Made by a program: the position numbers and the translations under genes. The notes below the pieces were generated by a model. That model made no database searches, had not been told where the DNA came from, and was given only the letters and a program-made list of their open reading frames with translations. Shown piece by piece: positions 40,711 through 51,530 of a stretch of DNA of 64,000 bases (positions are counted from its first letter, which is position 1; each line of letters begins with the position of its first letter). This DNA is from Antedon mediterranea (Eukaryota > Animalia > Echinodermata): positions 124,001 through 188,000 of the forward strand of contig NC_092673.1 in the NCBI RefSeq assembly GCF_964355755.1. The letters are read 5' to 3'.

Positions 40711-41521
40711 TGGATCCGCCCCTGGGAGTGACCTGGTTTAATGTTTTTAAAGTAATATATAGGCCTAAGCATTATTTTTATAAAATTCTGTTCCTATACA
40801 CGATGTTTACGTGATACTAACTATACATTTACTTCTTTTAGAGAAAGTCATCAATACATTATATTTCAGTTAGGTGATTCTAATTAAAATGTGTTTACCA
40901 AAGGAACATTTTATATACTTCTTTTGTGTTTTATCTGTTTGCTATCTCGATGTGTTATGTTTTATAAATCTTTATAATACCAAGATCAAAGTCCAAGCTG
41001 TTTTCAATAAAACATCAATAGCTATGGCTCATTAATTAACAAATGCTAGTTTGCTTTTATTGTGTTATCTGTTAACAACTTTATTGGTAGACCTAAGATG
41101 CTTTTGAGTTTGACGAATTCGACTTACTGTAAGTTTAACAAAAGAGGAGAAATAAAAGGTGACTATTTTTCATTGTTAGCATGTAATTGGAACATTGTTA
41201 TAACGGTAGAATACAAGTTACTTTAGTATAACCTTAAACGTAAGCGTCTGTATTATAAGGTCCTTATTAACTGATATTTGTGCTGGAAAAGCACGTTACA
41301 TATGACGCCATGTTACCGCTTGATTGGCTAAAGTAGCTGTGGAACGCTGACACTCAATTTCATACAGTTGTGTGTGTATGAAACGCCGCTCAGAAACATA
41401 CGTAGAATGATCTCATTTTGTGCACTAAATAAGAACACGGTCAGGATTTGTTTATTATCGCTAATTATTTTTCAATTTTCTGATGTTTGATATCCATATT
41501 CTACTTTATACTTAGGTAAAA

Positions 41522-42298
41522 ATGGAAGCACGGTTCTTTATCATGATGTTAATTATCATAGCTGTTGTATGTTTCCTAGCTGCAATCGTTTCAATCGCAA
41601 TTGTGTGTAGTTGGGTAAAAGACGAGTTTCTATACACGTCCATTGACACCAGTCATAAAACTGAAAGTCAGCAACCAAAGCAAACTGATGAGAGATGTAC
41701 ACCACAATCACGACCAACGTATGTATTCGACAGAGACGTCACAGTTACCGTGATTCAAGGAGATATTACCGAAGAACAAGTTGATGTCATTGTAAACGCA
41801 GCGAATGGCAGACTTCAACATGGTGGCGGTGTTGCTAGAGCAATTGCCAGTAAAGCTGGTAACGAAATTAACAAAGAAGGACAGCGAAAATTGAATCTTC
41901 GTGAAGGACACAAACTTAATGTGTCAGAAGTTTTGCATACAAGTGGTTATAATTTGCCAGCTAAATACGTCATCCACGCTGTTGGACCAGTACGCGGAAA
42001 AGACCACTCATTCAGACCACTTCTGCACAAGACATTTTTAAATTGTCTTGAATACGCAGAAATGCTTGAAGCACAATCCATTGCTATTTCCTTGATCAGT
42101 TCTGGAATCTACGGCGGTGGTAAGAACGAGTGTGCGAAATCTTTAGTTAATGCCGTCATTGAATTTTCTGAAAATCACGACTTTATGATACTGAAAACAA
42201 TTCGGCTGGTAAACATAGATGATGAAGCAACTCAGGAAATTAATACTATATTATCAACAACATTGGAGAATGCTGAAAAAAGAGTAATGGACGGTTAA
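41522..42298 (+). CDS. Membrane-anchored macrodomain protein, copy 2 (258 aa)
   Basis: TM FFIMMLIIIAVVCFLAAIVSIAIVCSW, then a macrodomain nearly identical to copy 1. Upstream acceptor TTCTACTTTATACTTAG. Confidence 0.88.
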   Translation: MEARFFIMMLIIIAVVCFLAAIVSIAIVCSWVKDEFLYTSIDTSHKTESQQPKQTDERCTPQSRPTYVFDRDVTVTVIQGDITEEQVDVIVNAANGRLQHGGGVARAIASKAGNEINKEGQRKLNLREGHKLNVSEVLHTSGYNLPAKYVIHAVGPVRGKDHSFRPLLHKTFLNCLEYAEMLEAQSIAISLISSGIYGGGKNECAKSLVNAVIEFSENHDFMILKTIRLVNIDDEATQEINTILSTTLENAEKRVMDG

Positions 42299-42800
42299 TA
42301 ATAATCATAATCCTAATATTATTATATTGAGTAATGGACGGTTAATAATAATCATAATCCTAATATTATTATATTGAGTAATGGACGGTTAATAATAATC
42401 ATAATCCTAATATTATTATATTGAGTAATGGACGGTTAATAATAATCATAATCCTAATATTATTATATTGAGTAATGGACGGTTAATAATAATCATAATC
42501 CTAATATTATTATATTGAGTAATGGACGGTTAATAATAATCATAATCCTAATATTATTATATTGAGTAATGGACGGTTAATAATAATCATAATCCTAATA
42601 TTATTATATTGAGTAATGGACGGTTAATAATAATCATAATCCTAATATTATTATATTGAGTAATGGACGGTTAATAATAATCATAATCCTAATATTATTA
42701 TATTGAGTAATGGACGGTTAATAATAATCATAATCCTAATATTATTATATTGAGTAATGGACGGTTAATAATAATCATAATCCTAATATTATTATATTGA
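42282..42800. repeat. 47-bp perfect tandem array, about 11 copies, starting in the last codons of macrodomain copy 2
   Basis: Unit GAGTAATGGACGGTTAATAATAATCATAATCCTAATATTATTATATT includes the TAA stop. Confidence 0.95.
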
Positions 42801-43476
42801 CTTATTTAGCATGTACTTAGTGACGTTAATTTTGTCGTGAAATATCAATTAAGAAAAGTACAATTTTGATTTAAGACGTGGACAACATCTACAGAAATAC
42901 CCTAGTAGCTTGACTTTGTAAATAGAAACGTTGTTCCATTATTACGACTAAATTGTAATACATGTTATATAAGACGTAAAAGTAAGAGGAGGCATTAAAT
43001 TGTTTAGAATATATATACTTGGTTTTTATTAAAACAAAATTTATTAAATTATTATTATTATTTAATTACTAATAACTAGTCTGAACAGTTTCAAGACCAA
43101 CTCGAAGACGTCGCTATTCGCTGATGTATACTCACGTTGCTAATACACAAAGCGCCGGCGCTATACCGGTACAAGTTTTCATTTATTGTTATTATTATAA
43201 ACCAAAGAGTATATTATATTATAGGTAATATATGATTTACAACTATTGTTGAGTTGATTTTGTATTTTAGATTTTGAATTTTGTTAGTTGATTGCTAATT
43301 TGTTTCATTTGTTTGTTTGTTATTATTATTATTATTATTGTCATGACACATATTCATACCCAAGAAAAAGAGTGAAAAACTCCCAACGAACCATTACCAA
43401 CATTGTCTGATGGATGCCTTGTCATAAACCCATAAAAAGTAAGTCAATAATCAGAAGCATTTATTGATGGGAAACC

Positions 43477-44478
43477 ACAGATGCTGAATATTCAGTGATG
43501 TACTGTACGTCATGTCACTCGTAGCAAAGATTACACTACGAACGAAGACAGATGCTGAATATTCAGTGATGTACTGTACGTCATGTCACTCGTAGCAAAG
43601 ATGTCACTACGTACGAACACAGATGCTGAATATTCAGTGATGTACTGTACGTCATGTCACTCGTAGCAAAGATGTCACTACGAACGAACACAGATGCTGA
43701 ATATTCAGTGATGTACTGTACGTCATGTCACTCGTCGAGCAAAGATGTCACTACGAACTAACACAGATGCTGGAATATTCAGTGATGTACTGTACGTCGT
43801 GTCACTCGTAGCAAAGATGTCACTACGAACGAAGACAGATGCTGAATATTCAGTGATGTACGTACGTCGTGTCACTCGTAGCAAAGATGTCACTACGAAC
43901 GAACACAGATGCTGAATATTCAGTGATGTACTGTACGTCATGTCACTCGTAGCAAAGATGTCACTACGAACGAAGACAGATGCTGAATATTCAGTGATGT
44001 ACTGTACGTCATGTCACTCGTCGAGCAAAGATGTCACTACGAACGAAGACAGATGCTGAATATTCAGTGATGTACTGTACGTCGTGTCACTCGTAGCAAA
44101 GATGTACTGCGAACGAAGACAGATGCTGAATATTCAGTGATGTACTGTACGTCGTGTCACTCGTAGCAAAGATGTCACTACGAACTAACACAGATGCTGA
44201 ATATTCAGTGATGTACTGTACGTCGTGTCACTCGTAGCAAAGATGTCACTACGAACTCACACAGATGCTGGAATATTCAGTGATGTACTATACGTCATGT
44301 CACTCGTAGCAAAGATGTCACTACGAACTCACACAGATGCTGAATATTCAGTGATGTACTGTACGTCATGTCACTCGTAGCAAAGATGTCACTACGAACG
44401 AAGACAGATGCTGAATATTCAGTGATGTACTATACGTCGTGTCACTCGTATAGCAAAGATGTCACTAGGAACGAACAC
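43477..44478. repeat. ~71-bp tandem array, about 14 copies
   Basis: Unit CAGATGCTGAATATTCAGTGATGTACTGTACGTCATGTCACTCGTAGCAAAGATGTCACTACGAACGAAGA with variants. Confidence 0.95.
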
Positions 44479-46389
44479 AATTTCGATAATAAAACTGTGA
44501 TTCGTCATCTTTTCCGTTATCGTCGTCAATTTCCACCATTAGTATTTTTCGACATTATTTGATTTTACTGCGTGGGATTGGTATCCAAAAGTTTGTTAAA
44601 CACGACTAAATTCCAAAACTAATTTAACCTAAATTAAATGAATATTTCATAGCTATAAATGAGAGATTACGATGCACAATATTCTCTTTATGAATTGCTA
44701 TATTTCTGTAAAATGCTAAATAAGACCGAAAGAGATGAAAATGTGACTTACCTGACCGTCGTCGTTAAACGGATTATACCGTTAATGTTGTAATTAAAGT
44801 GCTTGTATTGAACATTTAACTCGTTCATAGCGGGACGGATTAATTTGCAAGAAGTTTTAGTAGGGAATGAGAAGCGTTACAAGATCTATCTATCGGGTGT
44901 AGTCATCTTTACTGTAACATATTGTGTGGGAAAGAAATTATTGATCGATTTTACTGAACTTATTTGTTGTCATGACGGTTATTGATTGACAGTTTCATTT
45001 GTTAAATGATATATGTATGTATTTGTTTACTGACGAACAAACATATGCATAATATTGATAATTGACCGATTATTGAATGATGATTGAATGAACCATTGGT
45101 TGATCAATCTCTCATTAGATTCACAAAATTTAAGTTGTAGTATTTACCTCTCTTTTGCAAAGTAATGATTAAATGAATGGATGTCAAATAAGAGTAAAGC
45201 TCGTACACTCAGTTTAGCCACTTTAAACACTGACTACCGTACATGACAAAAACAAAATAATTATGGCAACTTAAGTATTAAAAAGGTTGGTAGGTTTAAT
45301 TTTAACTAATAATATTTTTTTATAATATATTATTTTAAACCGTTAGGATTCCAAACATCTGATATGAATTATCAAATATATATTTAGAAATAAAAAACGG
45401 ATGAATATTTGCGACTACATGTAGACCTAAAGGATGCCTGCAATGAATTAAATGGTATAGTGATATTTATGACTCGTTGCATTATGTTAAGCAAATACAT
45501 ATCTTAATAACTAGGTCACACTCATTATAAATACTTTTAAATGTTGGCTACCTTGTTATACCACAGTGTGTCTGCGGATATCCAGGGTCCTAGTTATACC
45601 ACAGTGTGTCTGCGGATATCCAGGGTCCGAACAACACGCTGTGATGGGCAACTAAGTTCGACATAAATCAATTTCAACATTCTTTGCATTTAGATAATTT
45701 ATTAATTTGTTTTTCAAATTGACGTAGAATAATGAGAATGTTGGAGATGGATGTTATGCAAAAAAAAATGGCGCCAAAATGAATTTGAATGGTATGTCCC
45801 CCCGGTGAGTTAGAGTCCATTTCTTATTCCGTCATGTGAATGTAAAGATATTTATAATCATTTTAAACTTCGTACAAGTCAAGTTGTAATATCCGTTCGT
45901 TCTTAAAACCACTTGTTATATTTACAGTTACTGTGGTATAGTGTCAGACGTAATTGTGTTTCTTTACAACCATCCTCATAAGCAATCAACTCAACTAATT
46001 GTTGATTTGGTGGTAGGCGGCGATGATTAATGGATAACGGCACGACTTCAATTCTACGTTGTATCACGGATATTACAGGAGGTAAGAAGGTTCGTTAGAA
46101 CACTTAGGCCTACGACATTTCAAATAGCACTTAATGACTTACCAAAATATCAATTAATAGCTGTGAACAATAATCGATTTCACATTATTAAATAATCAAG
46201 TGCATTGATTTTTCTTAGCCAAATGTACATATTGTCTGGGATAATATTCATAACCTAGGAGTATTAGAGTCCTATTAAAAAGTCAATGATAACACATTTT
46301 GGAATGGTAAGAGAAAATGAATGGTTAATACGCGACCTACAACGAATACTGCAAGAAAACAGACGGCAAACGTAAAACAGGCCTATTAA

Positions 46390-47741
46390 TCTATATTATA
46401 AGTGAGAGAGTTTGTCTGTTTGTCTGTCTGTTTGTTTGTTTGTTTGTCTGTTTGTTCGTTATACAAATTTTTGTTACTGCACGTAATCTTACATATGGGG
46501 TATCAAAATGACCGCAATTGTACCGGGAATGTTCTAAGCTATATTTCAACATCATCCGCCACCTAGGATTCATGTTAGGGACCAAAATGTGGTCAAAACC
46601 CCCACTTTCGATGTTTGTTCGTTATACAAATTTCCGTTTCTGCACGTAACCATACGTATGGGGTATCAAAATGATGGCAATTGTACGCGGAAGGTTTTAA
46701 ACTACATTTAAAAAAATTCCCCCGACTCCTGGGGTTTTTGTGGGAGGGGTGGGGGCGGGGGGTGGTGTGGTGGTTTGTGATGTCATTTTTTGCTAGGGCT
46801 CGGGGTTGTAGGCTATCGAATTGTAAAATTATACTACAAAAGTTTTACAGTATTTTAATTATCCTCAGCAAGGCGTATATAGATTTACATATTTTATTCA
46901 TTAACCAATATGACACCTATTCAATTACACATTTAGCAAAGTACTTTAACCATATCCAGCTATGTATCGGTCTCTTGGATTGTCTCATTACAGACCCAGT
47001 GGGGTTGGAAGATAGGGTTCGGGAGTTTGGGTTCAGGGGATAGTGGGGATTTTGCTTACACCAGAATTGTGGTTGGAAAATGTTAAAGTATTTAATCATC
47101 CCTGGGAAGCGGATGGGAATTTGGGGTGGGGATGTAGGCCTATCACAATGACCGAAACTGTATTTGGAATGTTTTAAACTACATTTGAAAACTGCCACTG
47201 AGGGATTATGGGTTGGGAGTGATAATAACATAATTTGTACTGGAACCGGCTTCAACACATCACCCAGTGTATCTGGGGTGTGTTTGTAGGGGGAGGAGGA
47301 GCGACAATACTAGCGTAATGAAGTAGCCCGATTGGATTGTACTAGGAAAAGTTACTAAATTTGAACTGTCCAGGGGAGGAGTTAAGGTTTGTTGATGGTG
47401 GCTGGGGTGGTGAAAGGAGAAAGAAGGCTGGGGGACCGCAGTATCTAAATTACATATTTTAATTATCAGCCAATATGACACCTATTTATTTACACAATTT
47501 ACAACGTACTTCAACCATTATTAGACTCATCGTAGCTATGCATACTCCTCTCAATTCGAAGCTTAGGTTGAATTGAATTTGTCCATCACTGGGAAGAATT
47601 TGTTTTTAAGAAAGAGTATGGGGTGTTATTGAAGAGGGGTGGAGGTTGGTGAGTATAGACAGATACTGGCGTCGGTTGTTATATACTGAGAAGGCTGTAA
47701 ACTAATTTTGAAACCCGCCCTGGGGCGGGTATAATTGCTAG
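46390..47741 (+). mobile_element. Non-autonomous Helitron, copy 1
   Basis: A|TCTATATTATAAG 5' end, GTTT/GTCT microsatellite, 3' hairpin ACCCGCCCTGGGGCGGGT about 11 nt before the CTAG end. Confidence 0.85.
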
Positions 47742-49380
47742 TCTATATTATAAGTGAGAGAGTTTGTCTGTTTGTTTGTTTGTTTGTTCGTTATACAAAA
47801 TGTTGTTACTGCACATAATCTTACATATGGGGTATCAAAATGACCGCAATTGTACCGGGAATGTTCTAAGCTATATTTCAACATCATCCGCCACCTAGGA
47901 TTCAAGTTAGGGACCAAAATGTGGTCAAAATGGCCCACTTTTCCCCACTTTCGATGTTTGTTCATTATACAAATTTCTGTTTCTGCATGTAACCATACAT
48001 ATGGGGTATCAAAATGATCGAAATTGTACCGGGAAGGTTTTAAACTACATTACAAAAATTCCCCGAGTCCTGGGGTTTTTGTGGGAGGGTTGGGAGGGGG
48101 ATGGGGTGTTTGTGATGTCATTTTTGCTTGGGCTCGGGGTTGTAGGCTATCGAATTGTAAAATTATACTACAAATGTTTTACAGTATCAAAATGATCGCA
48201 ATTGTACCGGGAAGGTTTTAAACTACATTACAAAAATTCCCCGAGTCCTGGGGTTTTTGTGGGAGGGTTGGGAGGGGGATGGGGTGGTTTGTGATGTCAT
48301 TTTTGCTTGGGCTCGGGGTTGTAGGCTATCGAATTGTAAAATTATACTACAAATGTTTTACAGTATTTGAATTATCCTCAGGAAGGCGTTTGGGGAAATA
48401 TAGATATAGATATACATATTTGAATCATTAACCAATATGACACCTATTCATTTATACATTTAGCAAAGTACTTTAACCATATCCAGCTACGTATCGGTCT
48501 CTTGGATTGTCTCATTACAGACATCCATTCCTGTCTCAACATATACACGTTCTTTACTGTTACTGTGTTCTACTACTATATTTGAACATCATCCGCCATC
48601 TAGGATCCAAGTTAGGGGCCACAATGCATGGTCAAAATGGCCCACTTTCGCTGTTTGTTCGTTTTTTCAAATTTCTGTTTCTGCATGTAACCATGGGGTA
48701 TCAAAATGATCGCAATTGTGGTTGGAAAATGTTAAAGTATTTTAATTATCCCTGGAAAGGGGCTGGGAGTTTGGGGTGGAGATGTAGGCCTATCACCAAG
48801 ACCGAAACTGTATTGGGAATGTTTTAAACAACTTATGAAAACTACCTCTGAGGGATTATGGGTTGGGAGTGATGGCTAACATAATTTTTATTGGAACCTT
48901 CTTAAACACGTCACCCAGTATCTGGGGTGTGTTTGAAGTGGAAGGAGGAGGACCGAAAATGCTGGCGTAATGAAGTAGCCTATATGATTGGAATTCTAAT
49001 AGGAAAAGTTACTACATTTGAACTGTCCAGGGGAGGAGTTAAGGTTTGTTGATTGTGGCTTGGATGGTGAGAGGAGAAAGAAGGCTAGGGGGCCGCAGTT
49101 ACAAAATTAGATATTTTAATTATCAGCCAATATGAAACCTATTTATTTACACAGTTTACAACGTACTTAAACCATAGGCCTATCGTAGCTATGTATACCC
49201 TCTCAATTTGAAGTTGAATTGAATTTGTACTGGAAAGAATTTTTTTTTTAAAAGAGTGTGGGGTTTTATTGAAGAGGGGTGGGGGTTGGTGAGTATATAG
49301 GGAAGTAGGCCTACTGGCGTCGGGTGTCATGTACTGAGAAGGCTTTAAACTAATTTTCAAACCCGCCCTGGTTTAGCTAG
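47742..49380 (+). mobile_element. Non-autonomous Helitron, copy 2 (head-to-tail with copy 1)
   Basis: Starts TCTATATTATAAG directly after the CTAG of copy 1 and ends CTAG|T. Internal ~180-bp duplication. 3' hairpin half lost. Confidence 0.82.
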
Positions 49381-49920
49381 TGTTTAATAAGTGCAGTTAT
49401 TATTGCTATTAATAGCCAAAATAACTGCACTTTATGTTGAATAATGAAACAATTCAACCATTATTCAACATGCTTTTTTCGAGTAAAATTGGAGGGCTAG
49501 ATTTCGAGTACACTTTTGTTGAAAAATATGTTTAATTATTATTATTATTATGTGTGTGATACTATATGACCTTTATTTAGGTTTACCTGAACCATCAATC
49601 AATAATTATTCTGTATCAGTTATAGCCAACCTCTTCACTTCCCTCTTCAGTAAGGAAACGAGGCATTATTACCCCCACTTGACCGCTTACATCATCTGCT
49701 TTCAGCTCATTCTCAACCAGAACAACTGATGAGATTAATCCATCATTTTTGCTAATAATAACGAAAAGTGATTTAAATCATTTTTTTTTACATTCTTTAT
49801 TGTTTTCAAATCATTATCAGTGTTTGACACGTGCGCAATGATATTGTTTCATATAGCCTTTGTGTTTTATCCTTTTGTAGGCATTTCAGTCATTTTATTG
49901 TACGCGTTTTCTCATGCTGG

Positions 49921-50763
49921 CGTTTCATAGCCTATTATGGTGTTAACAGCCTCACGTCTACGTGTTTCATAGCCTATTATGGTGTTAACAGCCTCACGTC
50001 TACGTGTTTCATAGCCTATTATGGTGTTAACAGCCTCACGTCTACGTGTTTCATAGCCTATTATGGTGTTAACAGCCTCACGTCTACGTGTTTCATAGCC
50101 TATTATGCTGTTAACAGCCTCACGTCTACGTGTTTCATAGCCTATTATGGTGTTAACAGCCTCGCATCTACGTGTTTCATAGCCTATTATGGTGTTAACA
50201 GCCTCACGTCTACGTGTTTCATAGCATATTATGGTGTTAACAGCCTCACGTCTACGTGTTTCATGGCCTATTATGATGTTAACAGCCTCACGTCTACGTG
50301 TTTCATAGCCTATTATGTAGTCTGGGCTCCAGACGGAGTTTTGTCTTAATATTAGTAAAAATATTAATGTGTTTGCACATATGGCGTTTCATACGTGTAT
50401 TACTTGAGTTTGGATTTCAGACAAAAATCAAAACGACGACGTGTTGAATGACATAAAAAAGACAATAAATACAGACTTGGAGCAAGTCTACCTATTATGG
50501 TGTTAACAGCCTCACGTCTACGTGTTTCATAGCATATGGTGTTAACAGCCTCACGTCTACGCGTTTCATAGCCTATTATGGTTTTAACAGCCTCCCGTCT
50601 ACGTGTTTCATAGCATATTATGGTGTTAACAGCCTCACGTCTACGTGTTTTTTAACCTATTATGGTGTTAACAGCCTCACGTCTACGTGTTTCATAGCCT
50701 GTTACGTGTTTCATAGCATATTATGGTGTTAACAGCCTCACGTCTACGTGTTTCATAGCATAT
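49921..50763. repeat. 42-bp tandem repeat in two clusters (49921-50317, 50491-50763)
   Basis: Unit CGTGTTTCATAGCCTATTATGGTGTTAACAGCCTCACGTCTA. Confidence 0.93.
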
Positions 50764-51343
50764 TGTAAGCGTTTCGTTATAAGTGTTATCTTCTTCTTTT
50801 AGGTTTTCCGTTAATAAGCGTTCCCTAGCCTCTTAACTATCGTACATTAATAAGCGTTTCCTAGCCTCTTAACTATCGTACATTAATAACGTTTTCTCCT
50901 TTCAATAGTTTAATGTGTGGTCAATGTTTGACACATCAAATCATTAGTCTTTAGTTTATTTAAATTTTCCAATTCTGATATTAATAACAGTCATACGTCA
51001 TTATGTCGTTAGTTGTGTTGAATACGTTTGAAGTTCGGTTTCTTTGAACATTAAATGTGTAGGATTTTTCAGGCTTAAGAGTGACATAGGAAGGGTAGAA
51101 GGCAAGTACAAAGATGAGCTTTTGAGACGTTTCAACATTTAGTACATCATAATTATTAATGCATAACGGCACAGAGTTGGCGAGTTTATCTTGTCTGAGT
51201 TTCCACGTAATGTTTTCGTATTAAATTATAGAAACAAATGATATATTATCATCATACACGCACGCCCAACCATCAGCAGCAGATATTCAATGTCATTTGC
51301 GACATTGTTATCATTTGTATTAATATTATTGCTATATTATTCA

Positions 51344-51530
51344 GCGGACATACGAGAAAGCCCAGCGGACACGCGGGAAAGCCCATCGGACACGCGGGGG
51401 AAAGCCCAGCGGACATACGGGAAAGCCCAGCGGACACGCGGGAAAGCCCAGCGGACATACGGGAAAGCCCAGCGGACATGCGGGAAAGCCCAGCGGACAC
51501 GCGGGAAAGCCCAGCGGACACGCGGGAAAG
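51344..51530. repeat. 21-bp GC-rich minisatellite, about 9 copies
   Basis: Unit GCGGACACGCGGGAAAGCCCA. Confidence 0.92.

Noticed and set aside
38407-41911. Two similar 67-aa antisense ORFs
   Set aside because: Shadows of the duplicated macrodomain coding sequence.
122-42298. Functional immune/ubiquitin gene cluster linking the E3 ligases, cytokine receptor and macrodomain genes
   Set aside because: Adjacency in an animal genome is not evidence of a shared pathway; conserved synteny or co-expression would be needed.
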